From assembly GCA_035221665.1 (NCBI GenBank), contig CM069138.1, forward strand, positions 868,001-932,000: DNA of 64,000 bases, read 5' to 3'. Source of the DNA: Okamejei kenojei. Its lineage: Eukaryota. Below the pieces are notes generated by a model that was not told the origin of the DNA, ran no database searches, and worked only from the letters and a program-made list of their open reading frames with translations. A program made the translations under genes and the position numbers. Of this stretch, positions 37,095-51,384 are shown piece after piece. Every line of letters starts with the position of its first letter. Within the stretch, counting starts at the first letter, position 1.

Positions 37095-38283
37095 AACATA
37101 GAAACATAGGAAAACATAGAAATTAGGTGCAGGAGTAGCCATTCAGCCCATCGAGCCTGCACCGCCATTCAATAAGATCATGGCTGATCATCAATTCAGT
37201 ATCCCGTACCTGCCTTCTCTCCATACCCTCTGATCCCCTTAGCCACAAGGGCCACATCCAACTCACTCTTAAATATAGCCAATGAACTGGCCCTCAACTA
37301 CCCTCTGTGGCAGAGAGTTCCAGAGACTCACCACTCTCTGTGTGAAGAAAGTCTTTCTCATCTCGGTCTTAAAGGATTTCCCCCTTATCCTTAAGCTGTG
37401 ACCCCTTGTCCTGGAGTTCCCCAACATCGGGAACAATCTTCCTGCATTTAGCCTGTCCAACCCCCCTTAAGAATTTTGTAAGTTTTATAAAAGATCCCCT
37501 CCTTAATCTCCTAAATTCCAGAGAGTATAAACCGAGTCTATCCAGTCTTTCTTCATAAGACAGTCCTGACATCCAGGAATCAGTCTGGTGAACCTTCTCT
37601 GCACTCCCTCTATGGCAAATAATGTCCATCCCTCAGATTTGGAGACCAAAACTGCACGCAAACTCCAGGGTGTGGTCTCACCAGACCCTGTACAACTGAA
37701 GTAAGAACCTCCCTGCTCCTGTACTCAAATCCTTTTGCTATGAAAAAAGCTAACATACCATTCGCTTTTTTCACTGCCTGTTGCACCTGCATGCCTACTT
37801 TCAATGACTGGTGTACCATGACAACCCAGGTCTCGCTGCATCTCCCCTTTTCCTAATCTTTCCACCATTTAAATAATAGTCTGCTTTCCTGTTTTTGCCA
37901 CCAAAGTGGATAACCTCACATTATCCACATTATACTGGGCATCTGCCAACAATTTGCCCACTCACCCAGCCTATACCAAGTCACCTTGCAGTCTCCTAGC
38001 ATCCTCCTCACAGCGAACACGCCCCCCAGCTTAGTGTCATCCGCAAACTTGGAGATATTGCCTTCAATTCCCTCATCCAGATCATTAATATATATTGTAA
38101 ATAGCTGGGGTCCCAGCACTGATCCTGCGGTACCCCACTAGTTACTGCCTGCCATTGGAAAAGGACCCCGTTACCTCCTACTCTTTGCTTCCTGTTTGCC
38201 AGCCAGTTTCTCTATCCACATCAATACAGAACCCCTAATACCGTATGCTTTAAGTTTGTATACTAATCTCTTATGTGGGACCC
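37095..38283 (-). mobile_element. CR1 LINE 3' part
   Basis: VPH.RLV.KL, LGPQLF and FADDTKL motifs, plus tail. Confidence 0.9.
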
Positions 38284-38544
38284 TGGACACTTCAAATGAC
38301 AACAATTGAAAGGAAAAGTCAGCAGAATTATTTAAAGTAAGCAAACACAATTCAGGAGAAAGCGATAGTGTTCTCACCAACCTCATGCCCTGGAGATATA
38401 GATCCACATCAGACACAAGGGGAGGCTCCCTGTCTCTACCCTGAACACAAAGACAGACTCCCTGTCTCTACCCTGAGCACTGTTCCCATCCACAGCCCAG
38501 GACCACTGCTCCCATCCGCAGCCCAGGGCCCCTGACACCCGCAC

Positions 38545-38900
38545 TAATCAAACATCTGTCTATCTCTGCACTGTCTATCACTGACCTGTGGCCTCCACCG
38601 CCGTCTGTGGCAACAAATCCCACAGATTCACCACCCTCAGGCTAAAGAAATTCCTTATCATCTCTTTCATAAAGGAACGTCCTTTAATTCTGAGGCTGTG
38701 ACCTCTGGTCCTAGACTCTCCCACTAGTGGAAACATCCTCTCCACATCCACTCTATCCAGGCCTTTCACTATTCAGTGAAGTTTCAATGCCCCCCCCCCC
38801 CCCGCACCCCCCCCCACCCCCCAATCTTCTAAACTCCAGCAAGTATTGGCCCAGCGTCGACAAACGCTCATCGTACCTGGGATCGTTCTTGTAAACGCTA
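38545..38900 (-). mobile_element. CR1 3' fragment (different subfamily)
   Basis: MKGLDRVDVERMFPLVGESRTRGH. Confidence 0.8.
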
Positions 38901-39399
38901 ACACTTTTGTCTTGCTGATGTGGAGGGATGGATTGCTATCCTGACAATAGGTGCAGGAGTAGGCCATTCGGCCCTTCAGGACAGAAGGTTCTCAATGTCT
39001 TTCCCATATTCTATCTCATCTTTGCTGCTCATGTGGCTGAAATAGTGTTCTGACCAGTGGACGGACGTCTGGATCCCATTGGCCTGAGACATTGGCCACA
39101 GGTTGTGGGTGGCAAGGTCATGTACTTGAGGGACATTGGTGTCAAGGGTCACGGTGGAGGGAATGTTCTGACCAATTCTAACGTCTGAGAAGTGAATAGT
39201 GATGATTTGTTAATTCATCATGGCTGAAGCAGGTGGGCTCACTTTTCACTATACTTGGGCATTTAAACAGGAAAAGTAAACTTTCTTTATTAACAATGAA
39301 TGACCCAGAGAAAGGAGAATGTTACTCTTGGAAGTACATAGAGTCACAGCATGGAAACAGGCATGGAAACAGCCCAGCATGGAAACAGGCCCTTCCTTC

Positions 39400-39633
39400 C
39401 GCCAAACTTGCCCACACCGACCAACATGCCCCATCTACACTAGTCCTGCCAAACTTGCCCACACCGACCAACATGCCCCATCTACACTAGTCCCACCCTG
39501 ACCAACATGACCCATCTACACTAGTCCCACACCGACCAACATGCCCCGTCTACAATAGTCCCACCCCGACCAACATGCCCCATCTACACTGGTCCCACCC
39601 CGACCAACATGCCCCATCTACACTAGTCCCACC
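39400..39633. repeat. Minisatellite, about 6 units of about 34 bp (ccgaccaacatgccccatctacactagtcccac)
   Basis: Visible tandem units. Confidence 0.9.
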
Positions 39634-42600
39634 TGTGAGAAACGCTTTGTGCTCACAATCACTGCTCAAAGACTAAATCTTGGAAGCAAGAGATTCTTTA
39701 TTTTTCACGAATCTGCAGAACCGGGTGCCTCTCCAGGTCGAGACATGCCGAAGTCAGAGAAGTCATCCCCCTTTATACACACAATCTTACATTCAACCTC
39801 CCCTCCGGACCCTTCTCCAATCAGGGTCTGAGGTACACAATCTGTAGGTATATCCCCCCAGTACCTCCCACATCATACATCGCATGTCAACATTTTTCAT
39901 GGAATGAGCAGTTTTCTTGACCAGGGGTGTGTTGTAATATTCATTTTATTCTATTAAGCATGCTCGAGTTAGCTCATGACCTAAAAAAAAAAAAAAAAAA
40001 ATCCTAGTTTTACTCACCTCCAAGTTGGAAACCCTCTCATTTCTCCTATAATCAGTACTAAAAGCTAAGCTATAAGTGACAAGGGTCCCATCTATCACAC
40101 CATTCGACTGATAAGGATCTCTCTACATCACTCCCTTCTGTTCTAATACCGCTATACAAAAAAAACGGCTTGCTATTGCTTCTTACACAATGGATGGGTC
40201 TGCTAACTTTATACACCAGCTGTGTCAGAACCCTCTCCCTGGCCTCTATCAGTTTGAAAGTATCCTCTTTTAAAGCTCCTTACTATAATGGGGTTTAATC
40301 ACTTTATCCGTGACAATCCTCCCTTTTTCTTTGCCTACGCATATACTGATTAAACCTCAATTTTTGAAGTTCCCTTAACACGAATTGACGTAACATTGTC
40401 CTAATCTTCTTTTCCTGTAGATCATGGACCTCCCCTGGCCGCATTATCATTATTCTCTGTATTTCCCTTTCTCTCCCATAGGCATGACTAACCACATCTG
40501 AACTGAGAATCTGAGAATCTGCATAAAATCTGAAGACTGAAAAACTGAACTCAACTGAAATGAGAATCTGAAAGATTCTGAGAATCTGAAGACTGTAATA
40601 AGTGAGAAAGATAAAGACATATAAAAAACCTTGTAATTCGTTCCCTAAAAACAAGGGATGCAACAGGGGATAAAGATCAGTCCAGCCACAGCACATAGAA
40701 ACACGAGTCCCACCGTTCTCCACCATGTTCCTTATATGTGTTCACCATTTCCTTCACGAGGATGGAATCCCACCATTGGGTTCCCATAAATCGTATTCCA
40801 CTTGACTATCTGTATTGGAACAAGTTGCCAACTTACGGATCCCCCTTCTGATGTCCATCACTGCCTGTCCATTATCATCGATGTTCAAACAGCAATTATA
40901 GAGGTTGAATTTCCCGCAAACACCCTCCTTCTCTGCCAGGGAGGTAATCTAGGGCTAACCTGTTCTGGTATATTGCTGCTCTCAACTCTGAGTCTGCTGC
41001 TTTGCCAGCATCTCCAGTGTGCCTCCCCCGCCCCCCCAGGTTGGTTGGTAATTACCTCCAGTACTGCCTGAAGTCTTATGATCCGGTTTAACATGTATAC
41101 CGGGGTTCAGTAGCCCCAGGATCCATCCTGTGCCCAAAGTGGCTGGTCCGTAGTATGAGAAGGATTCTTGCTGTGGCCATTCACCATCTTCCCATTCTCC
41201 CAATGTCTATTTTCCTCTTCTTTTCTTCGATCTAGGTCGTCAAATACAGGTGTACCTAGCGACCGCCCTTCTTCTATTCGGTGTTTAACACGGAAAAATC
41301 CAGGTTGTACCAGTCCAATAAAGCAAGTCCCCTGCTCCAATTTATTCGTAACAACCAAGTATGCCTGTATCCCATATCCATAACAGTCTTTCAGGGTCCG
41401 GTCCACTAGAGGTAACCTTGTTCCATAATGTCTTCTCCCAACACTGGGATTTCCTTGATAAGGGTTGTTCCCCGAGTGGCAGTTTCCATAGTCCAGTTTG
41501 ATTCCCATTCCATCGGTCTTCATCCAGATAGCGCTAAGGTTTTTTCCCGTATTTCTTAGTTGGATACCAATTTAGGCTCCCTCTGGCCACCACACTCAGG
41601 ACTGATTTGGCCACATGGGTGACGATGCGCTTGGCAGGGGAGTCTGCTGCTACTAGGACGGCATCCTTTGCCCAGTGGCCTAGCGATACTCTCAATCCCA
41701 ACCGAGCGTCTGTCAGGACGCCATGCCTGGGGATCTCGTCTTGTCCACAGTCAGGTTCCACTCCATTCAGGTCCCATACTTCACATGGGATCCAACAATC
41801 CACGGCCACCGTGAGCTCATCAGTGGTCCGCCACAAGACCAACAGTTAGTCCACCTTCAGGATTCCAGCTATCCGAGGCCAAGTCCCACAAACAGGGTTT
41901 TTCCTCCTTCAATGGAACTCAATCCTGCTTACTTTATTTCTTCGTCCAGTGTCTGGTGCAATTGAGCTGAGTAGGTGGGGGAGGGGGAGGCATGGTGACT
42001 ACTACTTCCGAGTTAACTCTTTTATTACTACCTCTTTCATCTTATCTATTGGCCCATTATAACGATCCTGGAAAGGGAAACCTAACTGTCCTTGCCTGGT
42101 TACACAAACCCAATCTCTCTCCCTTGGGCAGGAAACGTACCCAAACCTTACCCTATATACCCCCTATTGCACTATCATCAAATAACTCCTTACCACCCTC
42201 TTCACAAAATTGTTCTAGTCCTCAGGTTCTAGCAAGCATCGGTTTTTCACATGGGAATGATAGGTAAATGATCTGGTTGTCCGCCCTCCATATCTGATAG
42301 AAGATAACATTTATCACAATTATCATACTTTTTAACCACAATTTATCATGCAAAAGCAAACAATACCACGACTGCTCCTTACATACTGTCAGTTATGCAT
42401 TTTTTCCAAAATTTGTTTTTTTTTTAAAGTTAATGTTAGGGGCTTATTCTTCTTGCATCACACCATCCACTGTTACCTCCATATCAGGAGCGGGGATCAA
42501 CGGTCCCTTTAACCCTGATGCTGGGTTCCACTCTTTTTCTTTTGTTCGTTTTTTATTTTTATTTTTAAATAGTATAGGGTGGTGGGGGGGGTGGGGGGGG

Positions 42601-43549
42601 GGGGGGGTGGGGGGGGGGTACTGCTAGTCTCGGTTGTCAGGAATACAGGTATGGGCCCAGTCCACCTGTCTGGAGTTTTCTCCTCCTTCCAATCTTGACC
42701 AGTACCCAGGCGCTGGCCTTTACGCATGTAATGAAAGCGAGTGGTGGGCTTTGAGCCAATAGTCCTTTAGCCTTTAATTCTGTAAGGGAACGAGATACTG
42801 CCAGTAAATAGTTCCTTAAGAATACATCACTGCACTCTATGGGGGACTCCTTCTATCTTTCCAAATAAAGGGTAAACCACCAAACCAACATTCATAGGGG
42901 ACACTCTAGCTTTGCATGGGTCTCCCCGTTGCTTTTCTCAAAGCCTTTCCTGTTTCCCCCTACTGCTCCAAACATGTGCAAGACACCATGTACATATGCT
43001 GCTCTTAAAGCCTTAATTTTCTGCCAATTGAACTAAGTCAAGATTGCAGACAAACGCTTCCACTTTGATCCTGCGCTATAGCTTTTACTTCTTTAGATAT
43101 TACTCGACCAAAATATTCTACCTGCTGCTGAAAAAACAAAACTCTTACCTTGATACATCATGACCCTCCTGTGCCATCTTTTCCAAGATAATTACATCTC
43201 ACTCTCACATTGCTCCTCACTTTTGGAACAAACCAACAAATCACCCACATACTATATCACCACCATCTCCAAATCTGCCTACAATATCTGATAAACAACA
43301 CGCGCTAGTATTAAAAAACGCTGCGCATCCTAGTCCTAGGTGTATTTAATACCTCTACTTAATGTTCTTACCAATAGCTATGTTACCTTTACTAATTTAT
43401 TATTAATATTATTTATTATTATTATTATTATTAATTATTAATAATTATTATATTATTATTATTAATATTATATCCTGATAATCGTACCTGGGGGTTTTCA
43501 CAATCCCCAGACACACCATATCCATTACCTATCTTCCTTACAAGTCTTG

Positions 43550-44618
43550 GTACACAAAAAGCCCTGGAGAAACACAGCGGGTGCAGCAGCATCTAAGGAG
43601 CGAAGGAGATAGGCGACGTTTCGGGCCGAGACCCTTCTTCAGACTGTCATGGATCAGGGAAACGAGAGATATAGACCTGATGTGGAGAGATAAGGAACAA
43701 TGAGTGAAAGCTAATGCACAAAAGTATCGATATAAAGGGAACAACCATTTAAGCTGTTTGTGGTGTAAAATGAGAAGCTGGTGCGACTAGGGTGGGGGAG
43801 AGATAGAGATAAGGGAATGCCCAGGGCCCAGGGCCTGAGGAGAGGTGGGGAAGGGGAGATACACAGGGTTAACAGAATTGAGAAAATTCATATTCAAGCC
43901 AAAGGAAGCAGACTCCCCAAGCGGAATATGAGGAGCTGTTCCTCCAGCTTGCGTTTTTGCTCACTCTGGCCGTGGAGAGGCCCATGACCCGAGATGTCGG
44001 ATGTGAATGGAGGGGGAGTTGAAGGCTGAGCCACCGGCGTCGGGTTGGGATTATTGCGGACCGATCGGAAGGTGTTTTCGCGAAGCCGATCGCCAAGCCT
44101 CCGCATGGGTCTCCAAACCGATATAGATTCATCTGCATCCTGGAGCAGCGGATGCAGTAGATGGGTTGGAGGATGTGCAGGTAAACAATCTGTCGACCTG
44201 AAGGACTGCATGGCCCTGAAAGGAGTGGAGGGGGGAGGGATAGGGACAAGAGTTGCATTTTCTTGCGGTGCAAGGGAAAGTGCCCGGGGAAGGGTGTATA
44301 GTGGGAGGGGAGGGAAGAATGGAACAAGGAGTTGCGGAGGGAGCGGTCTTTGCGGAAGGCATACAGGGGGGGAGATGGGAAGATGTGCGGGTGGAGGGGT
44401 CACGTTTGGAGGTTGGCGAAACTGGCGGAGGACTATATGTTGTATTTGCCGGCTGGTGGGGTGAAAGGTGAGGACCAGGGGGACTCTGCCCTGTTTGCGA
44501 GTGGGGGAATGGGGAGCGAGGGCAGTGTTGCGGGGTATGGAGGAGACCCTGGTGCGAGCCTCATCAATAGTGGGGGAGGGGAATCCCCGTTCTCTGAAGA
44601 ATGAGGCCATTTGTGATG
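43550..44618 (-). mobile_element. Penelope-like element 3' part inserted in ERV copy A
   Basis: FFRERGFP...RVPLVLTFHPTS and GIY-YIG-region remnants (IYCIRCSR, RLGDR); TSD ACAAG(T/C)CTTG at 43540-43549 and 44619-44628; empty site in copy B at about 58652. Confidence 0.88.
43612..43646 (-). ncRNA. Minimal hammerhead-ribozyme-like core in Penelope terminal repeat
   Basis: CUGAAGA-A-GGGU cucg GCCC-GAAAC-GUC; stem I is weak. Confidence 0.55.
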
Positions 44619-45629
44619 ACAAGCCTTGTCTGGGCTTAGATCCAGATTTATTTCACTCCTGATAGGCCATTTGAGAAAACACTCTCCCAAATACATTTAT
44701 TATTGGCATGGAATCTCTGGCCCCTGTTTGGTTCTGTCATAGGACTCACTGTGTGTCGGTGCATCACTTATTTCAGACTTTTCAACCAGGTCTGTTGTTA
44801 CCGACAACATTGTCTTTTCCTTTTTCACGCTCTCTCTTTTCTACGCAGTCTCATCAATTTATCCCACTGCTTCCCACTTTAAATCCTTTTCTGACTGCTG
44901 CCTTCTTTCTCATTCTAAACTCAATGTCCTTCTCAATAGTTTTTATCCTCCTTGCAAATTTATTCACCTCCTTTTAAAATCTACCACAGACTTCTCGATC
45001 CACATATTATTACCATCCACCCCTTACTACTCGGTGCAGTCATCACTTCCCTTCCCAACTTATTCCAGCTGTCTGACCATGCTGTCATTCTCTGTAACTA
45101 AACTTCGTATTATGACATCATGTCAGCCAACTTCCTTATTTTATTCGTCTCTTTCCTGGCCCCCATTAATTTATTACCCTTCACCACCAGAAATGTTTAA
45201 TCAAACAAACCATAAAAGCTGCTTGTTGTTCAGCAATTAACTTATTTCTAATTTTGTTCAAACCATTCCCCCCTACAATTCCAAATTCCAATTCCAGTTT
45301 AAATACATAAGACTAACAATTTTTCCAAATTAACTTTACTATTGAAAAGAAATCAACAAAAGCCAAGCAACCTACATTTTCCAACATTCCCATTTTAAGT
45401 TGCGATGATACAAAGCGTAGTCCGTTACCATACAGCTTGTTCGAAACCATCCCCAATGCTTACATTTCTTAAAGAACACACACACATACCCTTACAGCCA
45501 TGTGGCCCCAGCAAACAAACCTATCACATATACAAACATCCTCATCATACAAAACCGGTTTTACAACACACATCACATATCTCCATTCCTTACTTCAATG
45601 AGATTGTTTTGAAAAACTCAAAATTTTTT

Positions 45630-45865
45630 CATAGAAACATAGAAACATAGAAATTAGTTGCAGGAAGCAGCCATTCGGCCCTTCGAACCTGCAACCGCCA
45701 TTCAAATAAGATCAAGGCTGATCTCCAACTCAGTATCCTGTACCTGCCTTCTCCTCCCATATACCCCCCTGATCCCTTCATCCACAAGGCCACATCGAAC
45801 TCCCTCTTAAAATATGGCCAACGAACCTGGCCTCAACTACTTTTCTGTGGCAGAGAATTCCACAT
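45630..45865 (-). mobile_element. CR1 3' end embedded in ERV copy A
   Basis: (tttctatg)n tail joined to ERV sequence at the same point as in copy B (60111). Confidence 0.88.
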
Positions 45866-47648
45866 CATTCTCCCTTGTTTATATTTTTGGTCCCCTATGG
45901 AACTGAATATTTATTTCAGCCTCAGTCCCAAGGAGTCTCCAATAAACTTTTCATCACCTTTTAAGTTCCTCACCTCATACTGGTGAGGAGGCACAATTAC
46001 AAATCCCATCCCACTTCATTTCACCCTAACCGAACCTCTCTTAGGGGCTCATTTGAACAGATATTGGTCTGATCTTTGTTTTCAGCCCTCCGTTTTGAGA
46101 TCGCGTCATCCGACTACTGCCTGGGAACAAAGAACCCATCCGCAAACCTCGCCTCAACTTTTATTACCTCTTTCCTTATCAGACTGCTCTCTCCTACGGC
46201 AGACGTCGTAGGTGGTCATCACCAATTGGGGGGCCAGTCAGATTCATCCCTTCACTCCTCTCTGACTATTAACCGGAAACATTCCCATTAAATGGTTTCC
46301 CGCACTGGGCATAGTCCCTTTCCTATATGATTTGGCGCTCTCGTTCATGTCACAAAAACATTCAACGCTTGTCTCAACCCAGTCATTCATTTGAACCCAG
46401 ACCTTGACCACCACACAGCTCTCCCTCGGATTAGGCTCCTTTTGGCCAATCAAAGTCAGAAAACGATCATAGTTTCCTAACTCTTGACACCCCTGGTTTT
46501 CCCTTCACCAACATCCGTGCATCATTCGCCCCAACGGACTATCGGGCGGAATGTGCGGCTCTATAACCAGTGGTGAGCATTAATCCTTGTTTCACCGGAC
46601 CCGTTACTTTTCCTGTTTCCGGTTTCCATGTTCTCTCAGCCTATTCCCGTCCGACAGACCCGATCCCAGGCAAAACTTTAATAGTCCAGTTTTTTCTTAC
46701 CAGGGTCATTGTGCACAAGAATCGCACGCCGTTCCTTATTTTTATTCACCTTACACCCCCTCTTCTTCCCGAGTCTTTTTACCCGAATATCACTCCTCGC
46801 TCAATCAGCTGATGGCAAGCAAGGATATCAGATACTGCCGAAATCAGCAGTGTTGCACACCTTTCCTTCCTTCTCTTGCCTTCCACCAAGCAGCCGGAAG
46901 TGGCGATCCCACGAGCCCCCAGTTTTGAGTGAGTACGCTTTGTGCTCAACAAACACTGCTCAAAGACTAAATCTTGGAAGCAAGAGAATTTCTTATTTTT
47001 TCACGAAACTCCAAGTCGAGACACGCCAAAGCAGAGAATAATCCCCCTTTATATACACAATTTTACATTTCAACTTAACCTTCCGGAACCATCTACAAAC
47101 CGGGTCTGAGGTGCACAATCTTTAGGTACAACCCCCCCTCAGTACCTCCCATATCATACATCGCATTACCATACATGTTCAATGGTAATGATCAGTTTCC
47201 TTTGACAGGGGTTGTTGTAATATTCCTTTATTCCTATAAGCAAGGCTCAGTGCTCATAGACCAATCCTAGTTTTACTCACCTCCAAGTGAACCCTCGTCA
47301 TTTCTCCTATATCATCTAAAGCTAAGCTATAGTGACAAGGGTCCATCAATCACTCCATTCTACTGATAGGGATCTCTCTACATCAACAACACCCTTCTAC
47401 CGCTATACAATGCTATTGCTTCTTACTCAAGGAAGTCTGGTTAACTTTAAACACAGCAGTGTCAGAAACCCTCACCCTGGCCCCATTCCAGTTTTGGAAT
47501 CCTCTTATAAAGCTCCGTTTAGGAAACCAACAGAGCCTTGGATGAAGAGGAGGATGCGGAGGAGCGACATCCCGACCGGTAAGGATAACAATCAAGCGCG
47601 GGGCTATGTTTTTTTTTCCAGAGGCCCACAGAGCGGGGGGGGGGGCCC

Positions 47649-48148
47649 NNNNNNNNNNNNNNNNNNNNNNNNNNNNNNNNNNNNNNNNNNNNNNNNNNNN
47701 NNNNNNNNNNNNNNNNNNNNNNNNNNNNNNNNNNNNNNNNNNNNNNNNNNNNNNNNNNNNNNNNNNNNNNNNNNNNNNNNNNNNNNNNNNNNNNNNNNNN
47801 NNNNNNNNNNNNNNNNNNNNNNNNNNNNNNNNNNNNNNNNNNNNNNNNNNNNNNNNNNNNNNNNNNNNNNNNNNNNNNNNNNNNNNNNNNNNNNNNNNNN
47901 NNNNNNNNNNNNNNNNNNNNNNNNNNNNNNNNNNNNNNNNNNNNNNNNNNNNNNNNNNNNNNNNNNNNNNNNNNNNNNNNNNNNNNNNNNNNNNNNNNNN
48001 NNNNNNNNNNNNNNNNNNNNNNNNNNNNNNNNNNNNNNNNNNNNNNNNNNNNNNNNNNNNNNNNNNNNNNNNNNNNNNNNNNNNNNNNNNNNNNNNNNNN
48101 NNNNNNNNNNNNNNNNNNNNNNNNNNNNNNNNNNNNNNNNNNNNNNNN
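47649..48148. other. Assembly gap
   Basis: Run of N. Confidence 1.
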
Positions 48149-49500
48149 CATAGAGAGATTGTATTGCCTGCACCGAACATTCAATATGATCATGGCGATC
48201 TTCAACTAGTTTCCCGTACTGCCTTCTCTCCATACCTCTGATCCTTAGCCACAAGGGCCACATCCAAACTCACTCTTAAAATAGCCAATGAACTGGCCTC
48301 AACTACCTCTGTGGCAGAGAGTTCCAGTGACTCACCACTCTCTGTGTTGAAGAAATAAAAAGTCTTTCTCATCTCGGTTCTTAAAGATTTCCCCTTATCA
48401 TTAAGCTTGTGACCCCTTGTCCTGGACTTCCCCAACATCGGGAACATCTTCCTGCATCTAGGCCCTGTCCAACCCCTTAAGATTTTGTAAGTTTCTATAA
48501 GATTCCCTCTTAATTCCTAATTCAGAGAAGTTTAATAAACCAGAGGTCTATCAGTCTTTTCTTCATAGACAGTACTGACATCCCCAGGAATCAGGCCTGG
48601 TGAAACCTTCTCTGCCACTCCCTCTATGGCCAATAATGTCCTTCCTCAGATTTGGAGGACAAAAAACTGCACGCAATACTCCAGGTGTGGTCTCACCAAG
48701 ACCTCTGTACAAACTGAAGTAGAACCTCCCTGCTCCTGTTAACTCAAAATCCTTTTGCTTATGTGAAAGTAACATACCATTCGCTTTTTTCACTGCCTGC
48801 TGCACCTGCTATGGCTACTTTCATTGACTGGTGTACCATGACACCAGGTCTCCGCGTGCATTCTCCCTTTTCCTAATCGGCACATTTAAATAATAGTCTG
48901 CTTTCCGTGTTTTTGCCACACAAAGTGGTTACCTCACATTTATCCACATTTATTACTGCATCTGCCAACATTTGCCCACTCACCCAGCCTATCCAAGTCA
49001 CCTTGCAGTCTTCCTAGCATCCTCCTCACAGCGAACACTGCCCCCCAGCTTAGTGTCATCCGCAATAAAATTGGAGATATTGCCTCAATTTCCCTCATCC
49101 AGTCATTAATATAGATTGTAAATTGCTGGGGTTCAGAATGAGCCCTTGCACGGTACACCCACTAGTTACTGCCTGACCAGTGTGAAAAGGACCCGTTTAT
49201 ACTTCCTACTCTTTGCTTCCTGTTTGCCAGCAGTTCTCTAGTCACATCCAATACTGAACCCTTAATACCGGATGCAAGGAGTAAGCCATTTAGAACGGAG
49301 ACGCAGGAAACTCTTTTCACAGAGAATGGTGAGTCTGTGGAATGCATGCCTCAGAGGGCGGTGGAGGCGGTTCTCTGGAAGCTTTCAAGAGAGAAGCTAG
49401 ATAGGGCTCTCTTAAAATAGCGGAGTCAGGGGTATGTGGGGCGAAGGCAGGAAAGGGGTACTGATTGGGGATGTTCAGCCTTTGATTCACATTCAATGAA
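48149..49500 (-). mobile_element. CR1 3' part (minus, to about 49275), followed by an opposite-strand CR1 3' end
   Basis: Indel-rich CR1 RT motifs. Confidence 0.85.
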
Positions 49501-51384
49501 TGAGACTTGATAATTAAAATCTTCAAAAATTTTTGTAAAATACTAGAAAATGTACCTGCTCTTGGAGCCGAAGGTTAGGTTGTTAGGCCAAGAAAAGATA
49601 TACTTTGTTATACCTTAGTTCAGCTACATCACGAACGGTGTGCTGTTACTGGATTAAGAGCAAGTTATCCCTCATCGCTAGCAGCTGATGGGAAAGCGGC
49701 TGTAAAAGGACAGCGCTGCCTGGGGGGAAGGGGGAGGAGTTCCTTTCAGAGCGTGTGGGTAGTGTGTCCAGGGGTTAATGTTGCCCGGCGTGGGCAGGAG
49801 CGTTGAGAAGGAGGGGGTCGGGATCATCCAAGTCAAGGCGGTTCGGTCAAGCGGTGCGCATGGATAACCGGACAAGCGGCGGTGGATATAACTGCATGTC
49901 AGTGGGTAGTAACCATCAATTGATTCCCTTGTTTGGCGCTGACACAGGAGTAAGCTCCACCGCCCGCTGTGATGTTATCCATCACCCGATGACCCCCTTT
50001 GCTCTATGATATTTGTTCTTGAGGCTGGTTCCCCGCACTGTTCAGACGGAGAGCACTGCCAGCGGTGAGCGGGCCGCAGAAAGGCGCTGTGATGGCAGTT
50101 CGGTTCGCTGTCTCGGTGATGGAGGCCGCTGGTATCCACGCGAGCTGCTTTCCCTCCACAGGCCACAATGTGGTGGCTCCGCGCCGTGAGCGGCCGCGCG
50201 AGCGGTGAGTTCATGTTACTGGCATGAACCCGACCCTTCTCCTTCTCAACGCTCCTTCCCACTTGCAAACGGTTACCCCTGGCTAGAACTCCCCACATGC
50301 TGTGAAAGGAAACTCTCCCCGAATTGTATGTTACTCAGGACCACGTGACCCATTTATTATTATTTATTTATATTTCTATGAAATGTTTTCCCCATTGGGC
50401 GGCCTGTGCTATGCAGTTCGGTAGCAGACCAGGATGAAGTGACTACTAACATGCTGTTAAGCCTGTATGTGGATTAAAGATGAATCTTTAAATTGCGTGT
50501 TATGTAGATGTTATATTTACACATGTTGATATGGCTGCAATACAATCAGTACCCGTTCCTGCTTTCTCCCCCATGTCCCCTGGACTCCGCTATCTTTATA
50601 TGAAGCTCTAATCTAGCTCTCTCTCGAAAGTAGAGAGAGATAGATATTGTCGGATGGGCAGTGAGTGGAGAGCGATGAGAGAGAGTAGATGAGAGAAAGA
50701 TAGATAGTAGAGAGGAAACCTTCTCATGTGTCTGTTAATGGAAGTGATTTGAGAGATGAGAAGTGGGGATGAGAGAGAGAGAGAGAGAGGGGAGGAGAGG
50801 AGGAGGGGCGGGGGGGGGAGAGAGAGAGAGACAGGGCTGCCAAACTCTCTCCGCTTTGAGCGTGAAGAATCACGCATTTGAGAAACTCTCTTACCGGAGA
50901 CAATTGCCAGTATGAACCTTTGTCGAAAGATGCATCTCAAACTTAAAATATATAGCCCAGAGGTGCCGGTTGTTTGTGTCGAAAATATGTACTGACAGTA
51001 ACAAGGAGACCATTCTTGGGTGACAGGGAATGAATGATCAAAAGCTGAGGTCCTGAGCTCCTGTGCAATCCAAATGTCAAAACTCAGATAAACAGCATGG
51101 TCCACGGGTGCTGGAGAGCAAGGGGCCTGAGGGGAAGGGGTGGAAGCCAGATGTAGCGGCGGGAACTGATGCGGGGAGCGCGGCGGGCGAGTGTTTGCCG
51201 GGGACAGATGATGTGGAATAGCCGGGGCTGGCGAGTGTCTGCTGGGGCATGTGATAGTCGCTCCGCTACAGATCCGGCCATGAAGCAATACATCAGGCAG
51301 AGGTCCCGGGCCGATCGGAGGCGTCCGGAGAGCGTTGCGCCGCAGCCGCGAGAGTCCTCTGTGCCGAAGGGACAGACATCTCAA

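Larger units (their letters stand above)
39634..47515 (-). mobile_element. Endogenous retrovirus copy A (gag-pol deleted, env remnant): 3' LTR 39634-40315, degenerate PBS 46906-46921, 5' LTR about 46926-47515
   Basis: TG...CA LTR, PPT at about 40316-40331, env ORF fragments ([19 protein letters not shown]); collinear with copy B. Confidence 0.9.
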
